Shown: positions 26,838-35,666 of the stretch, piece by piece
Layout of the letters: each line of letters opens with the position of its first letter
Numbering within the stretch: the stretch's first letter is position 1
Assembly: GCF_024498175.1 (NCBI RefSeq)
Contig: NZ_CP101823.1
Coordinates: 2,236,987-2,300,986 of the forward strand
Direction of reading: 5' to 3'
Length of the DNA stretch: 64,000 nt
Origin: Haloplanus salinarum
GTDB lineage: Archaea; Halobacteriota; Halobacteria; Halobacteriales; Haloferacaceae
The notes under the pieces: model-generated
The model's input: the letters and a program-made list of their open reading frames with translations, nothing else
Told to the model about the DNA's origin: nothing
Databases searched by the model: none
Translations under genes and position numbers: made by a program

Positions 26838-27527
26838 ATGGAAGTTCGAAGCTGGGTCAAAGAGAAGTTCGGCACCACCGATCAGACGCTGTTGAGCACC
26901 GAGGTCTACTCCGACAAGGACCTTCGGCGTGACAAGATCAAGCTGGAGCGCCAGCGCAACCGCATCGAGGGGGAGATCGAGGAGCATCGGACCAAGTACA
27001 AGAAGCTGGTGAAGGAGGCCGCCGGCGAGGACGAAATGCGAAAGCAGGTGCTGGCGAAGAAGGCGAAAAACCAGAAGAAGCAGTACCAGCTCAAACAGAA
27101 GAAGTACCAGAAGACCTCGATGAAGTACGGGACGCTCCTCTCCATCGAGGGGGCCCGGGAGCTACTGGCGGAACAGGGGAGCAACACGAGCCCGGATCTC
27201 GCCATCGACGACGTGATGGACCAGGATCTCCAAGTCGACGAGTTCGAAGCCAAGATGGAGGAGAAGATGGTCGAGTTCGACATGGAGGTCGACATGATGG
27301 ACCGCATCCAGGGGAGCCTGGATTTCAACTTCACCTCCAGCGACATGTCGATGGACTCCGACGACGACGTCATGGGCACCATCGAGGACCTCGAGGAGGA
27401 CCAACTCGACGAGGAGGAGATCGACATCGAGGACGACACCAGCGTCTCGGCCAGCGCCGAGGCGTCGGTCGACGTCCAGGCGGAGGAGATCGACATCGAG
27501 GACGACATGAGCGAACACGGGCTCTGA
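26838..27527 (+). CDS. ESCRT-III/Snf7-like candidate: basic N-terminal helical half, acidic C-terminal half
   Basis: N-terminal K/R-rich predicted helices (residues ~25-95), C-terminal D/E-rich half with duplicated EEIDIEDD motif; immediately upstream of a Vps4-like ATPase. Confidence 0.5.
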   Translation: MEVRSWVKEKFGTTDQTLLSTEVYSDKDLRRDKIKLERQRNRIEGEIEEHRTKYKKLVKEAAGEDEMRKQVLAKKAKNQKKQYQLKQKKYQKTSMKYGTLLSIEGARELLAEQGSNTSPDLAIDDVMDQDLQVDEFEAKMEEKMVEFDMEVDMMDRIQGSLDFNFTSSDMSMDSDDDVMGTIEDLEEDQLDEEEIDIEDDTSVSASAEASVDVQAEEIDIEDDMSEHGL

Positions 27528-27540
27528 TCGCCCGCCGACC

Positions 27541-28707
27541 ATGGACGAGAGCATCCAGCGGGACATCCTCCAGGACCGGTACGAGAAGTACCGCACGAAG
27601 GCGGACGAACTCAGATCACAGGGAGACGCCGAGGAGGCGGCGGCGTACTACGAGCGGTGTGCCGACGCGATGGCGGATCTGGCCGAGACCGAATCCAACG
27701 AGTCGCTGGCCAAGAAACGCCGGAACCTCGCGCAGAACCTCTCGACCGTCGCGGAGAAACTCCGGGAGTCGGGGACCGTCGAGGCGGACGTCGCGGACGG
27801 TCGGGACGGTGTCCCATCCGGCGACCGGGACGCGGCCGCCGACGCCGGGGAACCGACGGCGGACGCGGACCCGGACGCGGACGCGGACGCGGCGGCGGTC
27901 GCGGAGGCCAGCGAATACCTGGAGTCCCCGCCGGATCTCGACTTCGAGGACGTGGGGGGGATGCACGACCTGAAGCGGACGCTCCGGGACAAGGTGATCG
28001 ACCCGCTGGAGCGGTCGGAGCTGTACGCGGAGTACGATCTCGGCGTGGTCAACGGCGTCATGCTGTACGGCCCCCCGGGAACCGGGAAGACGCACATCAC
28101 GCGGGCGCTGGCGGGTAAACTCGGCTACAACTTCGTCGACGTCGAACCCAACGACATCACGAGTTCGCTGGTGGGCGAGGCGGCGGACAACGTCGCCGAA
28201 CTCTACGACGTCGCCCGCGACAACCAGCCCTGCCTGGTCTTCGTCGACGAGGTGGACGCGCTGATGCCGTCCCGCAGCGGCGGGTCACAGAAGACCCAGA
28301 GCGAGCGCCAGATGGTCAACCAGTTCCTCACGGAGTTGACCGAGTGTCGGGGCGAGGACGTCATCACGGTGACGGCGACCAACATCCCCGACGAGGTGGA
28401 CGGCGCGGCGACGAGCCGGTTCCAGGAGCGGATCGAGGTCCCGCCGCCGGACGCCGAGGCCCGCGAGGCCATCCTCCGGGTCCACCTCCGGGACCGGCCG
28501 GCGCTCCCGGACGAGATCGACTGGGATCGGATCCGGCGGCTGAGCGAGGGGTACTCGGGGCGCGACCTGGAGGTCGTCGCCGACGACGCCGCCCGCAGGG
28601 CGCTCCAGGAGGCGGTCGACGCCGACGAGATCCAGCATATCCGTCAGGAGCACGTCGAGACGGCACTCGAGGAGACCGAACCGAGCCTCGACCACTGGGA
28701 CGGCTAG
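27541..28707 (+). CDS. Vps4/katanin-clade AAA+ ATPase with N-terminal MIT-like domain
   Basis: Walker A GPPGTGKT, Walker B LVFVDEVDAL, SRFQERIEVPPPDAEAREAIL matches Vps4 RRFExRIYIPLPD; N-terminal three-helix EEAAAYYERCADAMADL MIT-like region; no PAN-type coiled-coil or HbYX. Confidence 0.8.
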   Translation: MDESIQRDILQDRYEKYRTKADELRSQGDAEEAAAYYERCADAMADLAETESNESLAKKRRNLAQNLSTVAEKLRESGTVEADVADGRDGVPSGDRDAAADAGEPTADADPDADADAAAVAEASEYLESPPDLDFEDVGGMHDLKRTLRDKVIDPLERSELYAEYDLGVVNGVMLYGPPGTGKTHITRALAGKLGYNFVDVEPNDITSSLVGEAADNVAELYDVARDNQPCLVFVDEVDALMPSRSGGSQKTQSERQMVNQFLTELTECRGEDVITVTATNIPDEVDGAATSRFQERIEVPPPDAEAREAILRVHLRDRPALPDEIDWDRIRRLSEGYSGRDLEVVADDAARRALQEAVDADEIQHIRQEHVETALEETEPSLDHWDG

Positions 28708-28776
28708 CCGGCGGGCGAATGCCGCGGGTCGACAGGCGGCACCTTTTTTGTGGGTAGTCGATCACGGCACAGTCAC

Positions 28777-29496
28777 ATGACAGAGAGACGGTGGGACACG
28801 TGGTGGTCGAACTACTTTCTCGCACTGGGCATCCTCTCGGTCGTCGTCGCCGGCTACCTAGGGTGGACGCTGAGCCAACAACCCCGGATGGGGGGGATGG
28901 GGTCGGTGATCGGGGTCGTACTGGCGCTCTTCGGCGTTACCGCCCTGCTGAACGTGGGGATCGGCCTCTGGATCAGGCGGGGGAGCGCGTACGCGTGGTA
29001 CGTGGGAATGGGGCTGCTCGCCCTGTCGGTGCTCGGATCGCTCGGCGGCGGCGGGGAGGCGATGGGCGGTGTCGCGGTTTCGGGGATCGGACTCGTCCTC
29101 GGCTACCTCGCGCGGGACGACCTCCTCGAATCCAAGACGGTGACCGAGGACGCGTCGTCGACCCCGGCCGAGCCGACGGGAGCGGGCGGCGGTCGGGACC
29201 CCGACCGCCGGCCGAACCGCGAGGGGGAGACGGCGCCGCGGGACCGACCCGCCTCGACGGCCGACGACGCGGCGGGGGCACGACGGAACGCGGGCTCGGC
29301 GTCCGGATCCCCCGAGCCGGCGGCAGAGACAGGAGCGGAGGCGGGGACGGCCCAGTCGATGGACGCGGAACGACCATCCTCGGCAGCGTCGCCGGAGTCC
29401 GGCAGCGAGGACGGGACGAAGTTCTGCCCGTACTGTGGCGAGGAGATTCCGGACCGGGCGGACCACTGTCCGTACTGTTCGTCGTCGATCCCGTAA
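28777..29496 (+). CDS. membrane protein with disordered linker and C-terminal double zinc ribbon
   Basis: TM helices in the first 120 aa; KFCPYCGEEIPDRADHCPYCSSSIP. Confidence 0.6.
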   Translation: MTERRWDTWWSNYFLALGILSVVVAGYLGWTLSQQPRMGGMGSVIGVVLALFGVTALLNVGIGLWIRRGSAYAWYVGMGLLALSVLGSLGGGGEAMGGVAVSGIGLVLGYLARDDLLESKTVTEDASSTPAEPTGAGGGRDPDRRPNREGETAPRDRPASTADDAAGARRNAGSASGSPEPAAETGAEAGTAQSMDAERPSSAASPESGSEDGTKFCPYCGEEIPDRADHCPYCSSSIP

Positions 29497-29965
29497 CCCG
29501 GGGCGACCGGACGCCCAACTCCGTCGAAATCCACCGGGGCAGCCCGCAACAGCCGCCCCGTGTGTTCGCGCTAGCGATGTGATTCGATCCTGATGATCGG
29601 GGTCCCGCTCCTGTCGGCACTGATCGTGGTTGTCGTCGAATCGGCCTCGAACCGGAGGGTGATTGAGATTGTGTTCTTGGAAGAGTCGGTCGAGCGCGTC
29701 AGTGTCGATGTCCTCGTTGATGAGCCACTTGAGGATATCCTCGTCGTGGGCCTTCGCAACCGCCGTGACGACGGCCGTGCTCAGCTCTTCGTCCGCGTCC
29801 GGCTCGTAGTAGAGATCCGCCGTGTCGTCCATACGTGCAATTCGGCACTCGACACCAAACCCGTCGGTACCAGTATATGCTGGCGTAGTGACCCGTCGGG
29901 TGGAGAACGGTGTCGACTGCAGTGGGTTTCGGCGGAGCGCGACTCCACGGAGGGTTACGGCCGCC

Positions 29966-30850
29966 TCAGAGGTCGGCGCCGCAACTGATACACGTGTTCC
30001 ACTCGGGGTCGACCTCCTCGCCGCAGTGTGTACAGAAACGGGTCGCGTCGGGCGACCCGCCACCCCCGTCGCCGGCCGCCGATCCGCCCCCCTGGGAGTG
30101 CGATTGCCGGTCGGTCCGGGCCGGCTCCCCGGCCCGTCGGTCGGCGGTCCCCTGACGGCGTTCCCGCTGGGCACGATCGCCCTGCGGCTGTGATCGGCCG
30201 CCCTGGCCCTGTGGCGGCCGGTCGGCCGCGGCTCGCTCGCCGCCGGCCCGACCGCCGTCGGCGCCGGCCTCGGGTTCGGCGGAGGCGGTGATGTCCGACC
30301 GGTTGACGACGCTGTCCTCGACCTGCGTGCGCTGATCCTTGACGGTCTTGCTCTGGTCGACGCGGGTCGTGCTCTGGTCGATGGTGTCGACGTTGGTGGT
30401 GCTTTGATCGACGTGAGTCTGCTGGTTCTTCCGGTCGACCATGTCGCCCTGCACGTTCGTCACCTGGTCGGGCCCCTTCTCGACTTCCTTTTTTGTTTCG
30501 AGGTACTCCTTGCCGGCCTTGGCGACGGTTTCCTTGGCCGCCTGTCGTTTCTTCTTCGCCATGATCGTGTAGTCGTACAGCCCGAGCAACATGACGACGA
30601 GGATGGCGAACGCGGAGGCGCCCAGCGCCGACCCGCTGAGGTTCCCGACCGCCAGCGCCAACCCGACGAGCAGGAGGATGATCGCCCCGATCCGCAGGAA
30701 GCCACTGAACTTCGAGAGGTTGTCCGGCGCGTCGATGTCCGGATGGTCCCCCGCGACCGCCGCCCCGTACAGTACGACCGACAGTGTTTGCGCGACTACC
30801 ATACTGCCAGCCTGCGAATCGACCGACTTTAATCTTGGCCCGAGCGACAT
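29966..30850 (-). CDS. membrane protein with STT-VD repeat module and C-terminal zinc ribbon (start uncertain)
   Basis: two TM helices; VDQSTTNVDTIDQSTTRVDQSKTVKDQRTQVEDSVVNRSD; FCTHCGEEVDPEWNTCISCGADL; ORF 29966..30967 trimmed to MSLGPRL. Confidence 0.55.
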   Translation of the reverse strand: MSLGPRLKSVDSQAGSMVVAQTLSVVLYGAAVAGDHPDIDAPDNLSKFSGFLRIGAIILLLVGLALAVGNLSGSALGASAFAILVVMLLGLYDYTIMAKKKRQAAKETVAKAGKEYLETKKEVEKGPDQVTNVQGDMVDRKNQQTHVDQSTTNVDTIDQSTTRVDQSKTVKDQRTQVEDSVVNRSDITASAEPEAGADGGRAGGERAAADRPPQGQGGRSQPQGDRAQRERRQGTADRRAGEPARTDRQSHSQGGGSAAGDGGGGSPDATRFCTHCGEEVDPEWNTCISCGADL

Positions 30851-31064
30851 GTTCGAATACAGGGAGGTATCGTCGACACCGTCGGCGCCCGGACCCCGAC
30901 CGGGCTTTCGTCGGGTGGCTGTCGGTGAGAGGCGACCGGACGGGACGGGCACGGGCGGACGGGGCAACCTTTATTCCCATCCTCGTATCATGTTTTCCGA
31001 TAACGAGGTTCTCGGGGCGTCCCCGGTGGGGGTGGGCGCGGCCGTGAGCCACGGGAGACAACCA

Positions 31065-32903
31065 ATGCCTTCGACATGCCCGAACTGCGACGGACGTGTG
31101 CCATCGGACGGCGACTTCTGTCCGAACTGCGGGGAGTCGCTGTCGACGAACTGTCCCGGCTGTGGGGAGTCGCTACCGATCGACGCCCAGTTCTGTGCCA
31201 ACTGCGGCCAGGACCTCACCAGCTCCACCGGCCAGCGGGGATCGGGGAACGCCGCGGGAGGCGGCAGTTGGCGACTGGGCGACGACGAGTTCGCCAAGCG
31301 CGTCGACGGCGCCGCCCTCGACGGCGACGGACTGCTCGCCACGCTCAGCCGGCGAAAGGACGTCGAAATCGAGGCCGGTAATCGGGCGCTCCTGCTCGAG
31401 AACGGGAAGCTCGTCGAGACGCTCGAGGCCGGCAAACACAAGCTCGACAGCCTCGGCAAGCGGATCCGAGAGCTCAGATCCAGCCACAACCTCACAGTCG
31501 TACTGGTCCAGGAGGGGCGGACCACCGTCGCCCGCTCGTTCGACGACATCCGGACGGCCAGCGACTACCTCGTCGACGTCACGGTCGAACTCGACGTGGG
31601 GATGCACGACCCACAGACGTTCTTCCGTTCGATGATGGCCGACCGGGACGTGCTGACGACCGGCACGTTCAACCAGTTGCTCGGGCGGGCGATCCGGAAC
31701 GCCCTGGAGGCGACCATCTCGGAGTACGACCACCAGGAACTCTACGGGAGCAAGGAGGTCAAGCGTCGCGTCGCTCGCGAAATCGAGGAGCAGTGTCGCT
31801 CGGTCCTCGAGAGCAACGGGCTCGAACTCGTCGAACTGGTCTCCTTCGACTACGACGACGACCGGGGCGAGATCCGTCAGGGCCGCAAGGACGTCGACAT
31901 CCGCGAGGAGAAAGAGGAGATCAAGGACCGCGAGAGCGAGCTGGACCGGCGGGGGCGCGAACGGCAGACCGAGGACAAGGTCCACGGGGAGAAACAGCGC
32001 GTCCGGAAGGAGTCCGCCGAGATGAGTGCCGACCACACGCTCGACAAACAGGAGGTCGAGCAACAGCAGGAGATCGACGACAAACGGCGCCGGCACGGCC
32101 ACAAGGCCGAACGGGAGGACGTCGAACACGAGGAGGACGTGCGGACCTACCGGACCGAATCCGAGGTCGAGCGCGAGGACATCCGCCACGAGCAGGAGAT
32201 GAAAGAGCGGGAGCAGGAACACGAACAGGACGTCTCCGAAATCGAGGATCTGGTCGACCTCAAGCGGAAGAAAGACGAGCAGAAACTCGACAAGCAGGAG
32301 CGCAAACAGGAGATGGAGATGCAGAAAGAGAGCCACGAGGTGGACGTCGAGAAGGAGCGCCTCGAGGCTCGCGACGACGTGGACGCCCAGACCCTCGCCA
32401 GCATGGAGGATACGGACGAGGAGATGATCGACCTGGCGAAGATGGACAAGGCGGAGAACCTGAACGCCGACCAGCTCGACTCGCTGGGCGCCCAGAAGAG
32501 CGACGAACTGGCGAAGGCCCGTCAGGAGGCAAACAGCGCCGAGAAGGAGCGCGAACGGGTCGAGGACCAGAAGCAGTTCCGCGAGGAGATGCAGGACATG
32601 ATGGAGGGATCGATGGATCGCATGGAGCGAACCACCGACAAGGCGATGGACAGCATGGGCGGCGCGGCGGAGGCGGCCGCCGAGGACACCTCGGACAACG
32701 TCATCGTCAGCGGCGAGGGCGGCGACTCGTCGGGCGGGGACACGACCATCGTCCAGGGCGGTCCCGGCGGGGGTGGCGACGGCACCACCGCCGAATCCGA
32801 CGGCGGAGCCGACGAGCCCGAGAAGATCATCGTCTGTCCGAGCTGTGGCTCCGAGGAACCGTACGCCAACGACTTCTGTATGGGGTGTGGACAGGAGTTC
32901 TGA
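31065..32903 (+). CDS. SPFH/band-7 (flotillin-like) protein flanked by N-terminal tandem zinc ribbons and a C-terminal zinc ribbon, with a long EA-rich coiled coil
   Basis: CPNCDGRV...FCPNCGESL..CPGCGESL...FCANCGQDL; SPFH-like core (KDVEIEAGNRALLLENGKLVETLEAGKHKLD...VVLVQEGRTTVARSFDDIRTASDYLVDVTVELDV...); C-terminus CPSCGSEEPYANDFCMGCGQEF. Confidence 0.7.
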   Translation: MPSTCPNCDGRVPSDGDFCPNCGESLSTNCPGCGESLPIDAQFCANCGQDLTSSTGQRGSGNAAGGGSWRLGDDEFAKRVDGAALDGDGLLATLSRRKDVEIEAGNRALLLENGKLVETLEAGKHKLDSLGKRIRELRSSHNLTVVLVQEGRTTVARSFDDIRTASDYLVDVTVELDVGMHDPQTFFRSMMADRDVLTTGTFNQLLGRAIRNALEATISEYDHQELYGSKEVKRRVAREIEEQCRSVLESNGLELVELVSFDYDDDRGEIRQGRKDVDIREEKEEIKDRESELDRRGRERQTEDKVHGEKQRVRKESAEMSADHTLDKQEVEQQQEIDDKRRRHGHKAEREDVEHEEDVRTYRTESEVEREDIRHEQEMKEREQEHEQDVSEIEDLVDLKRKKDEQKLDKQERKQEMEMQKESHEVDVEKERLEARDDVDAQTLASMEDTDEEMIDLAKMDKAENLNADQLDSLGAQKSDELAKARQEANSAEKERERVEDQKQFREEMQDMMEGSMDRMERTTDKAMDSMGGAAEAAAEDTSDNVIVSGEGGDSSGGDTTIVQGGPGGGGDGTTAESDGGADEPEKIIVCPSCGSEEPYANDFCMGCGQEF

Positions 32904-32909
32904 CCGGCG

Positions 32910-33065
32910 TCAGTCCTCGGTGATGAAGAAGGCGACCATCGTATCCTCCCAGCGGGAGAACTGCACGTCCGTCACGTCGTGGTGGTCGAGGTAGGCGTTG
33001 ATCTGGGACTCCATCTCCTCGATGCTCGTGGATTCGTACTGGAACTCCAGCACCTGCACTTGCAT
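32910..33065 (-). CDS. small acidic protein, 51 aa
   Basis: C-terminal part of artefactual ORF 32910..34943; MQVQVLEFQYESTSIEEMESQINAYLDHHDVTDVQFSRWEDTMVAFFITED. Confidence 0.3.
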   Translation of the reverse strand: MQVQVLEFQYESTSIEEMESQINAYLDHHDVTDVQFSRWEDTMVAFFITED

Positions 33066-33220
33066 GTCCGCCCGTCCGGACGAGCGGGGTATATGCCTTC
33101 GGGCCGGCGTCACACCGACGCCACGGCGGACGTTCCGTGACACAGGGTCACGACGGTCGTCGGGTGAAGCGTCACCGACGACGGGCCCCGGTTCGGCCAC
33201 CGGCCACGGCACGCGGGCGG

Positions 33221-35521
33221 TCACTCCCCGTCGTACAGGTCCGCGAGCGCGTCGCGCAGGTAGACGATGTCGTCGTAGCGGTCGGCCTTTTCCTTCGCCA
33301 GCGCCGTCAGTACCACGTCGTCGAGCGCGGCGGGGACGTCGGCCACCTCGCTGGGCGGCCTCGGTCGGTCGTCCAGTACCGCGCGCACGACTCTCGTGCG
33401 CTCGCCCTCGAACGGCGGCCGGCCGGTGAACAGCTCGTAGAACACCGCCCCCAGCTGGTAGACGTCGGTGAGGTCGTCGACCGACCCGTAGGACTCGTCG
33501 AACTGCTCCGGCGCGGCGTAGTGGGGCGACACCCCCTCGACGCTCGCCGAGTGATCGAGCAGGTGTTTCGACAGCCCCCAGTCGGCCACCTTCGGGACGT
33601 CCCAGGCCCCGTCGACGGACCGAAAGAGGACGTTCTCGGGTTTCAGATCGAGGTGGGCGACGCCGCGTCGGTGGGCGTGGCGCACGCCCTTCGTCACCGC
33701 GAGGGCCGTCCACAGCGACTGCTGGACGTCCATCGTCCCCGCCCGGTCGCCGAGGTGGCCGCCGTCCATGTACTCCATGGCGATCCACGGGAGGGGTTCG
33801 GCCCCGTAGTCGACGACGCCGACCACGTGGTCGTGGTCGTCGAGTTTGTCCCACGTTTCGGCCTCGGCCAGCATCCGCTCGACGGTGTCGGTGTGGAGCG
33901 TCCCCGAGAGGCGTGGCTTCTTGACGGCCAGCGTGACGGTGCCGTCCGGGGTCGGTGCCGTCGCCCGGACGACGTCGGCGTTCCCGCCGCTTCCGATGAT
34001 GCCCGCCTCCGTGAGCGCGTCGTACGCGACCGAGACGTCGGGTGCGCGCGGGATCTCCGTGGGCGGTCCCCCCGGCGGTCGGTTCCCGGTCGACGGCCCG
34101 TCCGCCGGCCGTTCGACGGGGTCGTCGCCGGGGGCCGGCGCGTCGGCCGCGGTGCCGAGCGAGACGTCCGCGAACCCATCGGTCGCCTCGTCGGGCGTCA
34201 CCGGGGTCGATCCCGCGTCGGGTGACGGTCCGGAGTCGGCGTCGGCCACGTCGCTCCGTTCGGATCGTGGCGACGGTGTGGACCCGGAGTCGTCCGCGGT
34301 ATCGGAGTGTCGGGACGGGGACGCGGAGCGACCGCGGCGCGGCGACGCGGGGCCGGGACCGTCGAACGCGGACGTCGTCCCGTCCGATCCGCCGGACCCG
34401 TCGCCGGAGCGGCGCAGCCACCACCAGCCACCGCCCAGTCCGGCGGCGAGCAGGCCCGCGGCCGGCAGGACGACCCCGCCGTCGCCGCCCGCCGCGTCGT
34501 TTTCGGGGTCGCCCCCGTCCGACGAGTCGCCACCCGCCGGGGCCGCCGTGGACGTCGCGGTGGGGGTCGGCGTCGCGGTGGGCGTCGGGGTCGTGGGCTC
34601 GCCGGCGACCGCAAGCAGGAAGTCGTCGGCCGCCGTCACGTAGACGGTCCCGTCGGCCACCGCCGGGGAGGACGTGATGTCGTTCGAGTGGCCGTCGTAC
34701 GCCCACAGCCGGTCGCCCGTCTCGGCGTCGAACCCGTACAGCGTGTCGCCATCCGCGAGGTAGACCGCGCCGTCGGCCACGGCTGGCGAGGAGCGCCGGT
34801 CGCCGGGGTCGGCCGACCATCGCTCCTGGCCCGACGCCGCGTCCAATGCGTACAACGCCGTCCCGGCCGCGAAAACGGTCCCGTCGGCTACCGCCGGCGA
34901 TGCGAACCCCCAAGCGTCGTCGGCGTCGGCCGTGAACCGCCACCGCTCGGAGCCGTCGTCGGCCGACAGCGCGTAGACGGCCCCGTCGGTGCTGCCGACG
35001 TAGACGGTGCCGTCGACGACTGCCGGCGAGGAACGCACCTCCCCGTCAGTCTCGAACGTCCACGCCGGCCGTCCCGAGTCGGTCGGGAGAGCGTAGACGC
35101 TCCCGTCGTTGCTCCCGACGTAGACGGTGCCGTCGACGACCGCCGGCGAGGAGAAGACCTTCCCGCCCGTCCGGTACCGCCACCGTTCGGACCCGTCGGC
35201 GACGGGGAGTGCACGGACGTAGCGGTCGTTGCTCCCGACGTAGACGGTTCCGTCGACCACCGCGGGCGACGACGTCGGGCGGTTGTCGTCGGCAAACACC
35301 TGGCCGCTCGGGCCCGCCGAGGCCCACGTTCGGTCGACGTCGGCGACCGGCCCGGAGACGGCCGGCGCGTGTCCGGTGTTCGCGGCGTCGCGGTGGTGTT
35401 GGGGCCACGACTCCTCCGAATCGGACTGGGCCGCCGCGAGTCCGGTCGCCCCGTCGACGGCCGAGTATCCGGCCGCGGCGCCCGCGGCCGCCCGCAGGAA
35501 CTCCCGTCTCCTCGGCGCCAT
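33221..35521 (-). CDS. transmembrane receptor Ser/Thr protein kinase with extracellular PQQ-repeat beta-propeller
   Basis: Tat-like RRREFLRAAAGAAAG signal; repeated AVVDGTVYVGSNDGSVYAL PQQ blades; Pro/Thr linker; one TM; C-terminal Hanks kinase motifs HLDLKPENVL, VADWGLSK, YAAPEQ. Confidence 0.8.
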   Translation of the reverse strand: MAPRRREFLRAAAGAAAGYSAVDGATGLAAAQSDSEESWPQHHRDAANTGHAPAVSGPVADVDRTWASAGPSGQVFADDNRPTSSPAVVDGTVYVGSNDRYVRALPVADGSERWRYRTGGKVFSSPAVVDGTVYVGSNDGSVYALPTDSGRPAWTFETDGEVRSSPAVVDGTVYVGSTDGAVYALSADDGSERWRFTADADDAWGFASPAVADGTVFAAGTALYALDAASGQERWSADPGDRRSSPAVADGAVYLADGDTLYGFDAETGDRLWAYDGHSNDITSSPAVADGTVYVTAADDFLLAVAGEPTTPTPTATPTPTATSTAAPAGGDSSDGGDPENDAAGGDGGVVLPAAGLLAAGLGGGWWWLRRSGDGSGGSDGTTSAFDGPGPASPRRGRSASPSRHSDTADDSGSTPSPRSERSDVADADSGPSPDAGSTPVTPDEATDGFADVSLGTAADAPAPGDDPVERPADGPSTGNRPPGGPPTEIPRAPDVSVAYDALTEAGIIGSGGNADVVRATAPTPDGTVTLAVKKPRLSGTLHTDTVERMLAEAETWDKLDDHDHVVGVVDYGAEPLPWIAMEYMDGGHLGDRAGTMDVQQSLWTALAVTKGVRHAHRRGVAHLDLKPENVLFRSVDGAWDVPKVADWGLSKHLLDHSASVEGVSPHYAAPEQFDESYGSVDDLTDVYQLGAVFYELFTGRPPFEGERTRVVRAVLDDRPRPPSEVADVPAALDDVVLTALAKEKADRYDDIVYLRDALADLYDGE

Positions 35522-35666
35522 ACGGTACGAACGTGCTCTAGGACCCTCATAACGGTTTTCCCGCGGTGTGACGGAGTCGATCGTCCGAACGGGGTGGACG
35601 GGGTCGAGGGCCGACCCCCCCGGGCCGGCCCCAGATTTATGTATCGGGTGGAATATCTCGGATCGT

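Noticed and set aside
27541-28707. Proteasome-activating nucleotidase (PAN)
   Set aside because: N-terminus is a short MIT-like helical bundle plus acidic linker rather than a coiled-coil/OB domain, C-terminus lacks HbYX, and the second-region motif matches Vps4 (SRFxxRIxxPxPD)
28858-31061. 438-aa and 368-aa minus-strand ORFs spanning 28858-31061, and a possible small acidic gene starting MDDTADLYYEPDADEE near 29832
   Set aside because: The long frames overlap the well-supported 28777-29496 + gene and are Arg/Gly-rich. The MDDTADLYY stretch looks protein-like for ~60 aa but has no in-frame stop before running antisense through the neighbouring gene, so I could not define a credible CDS
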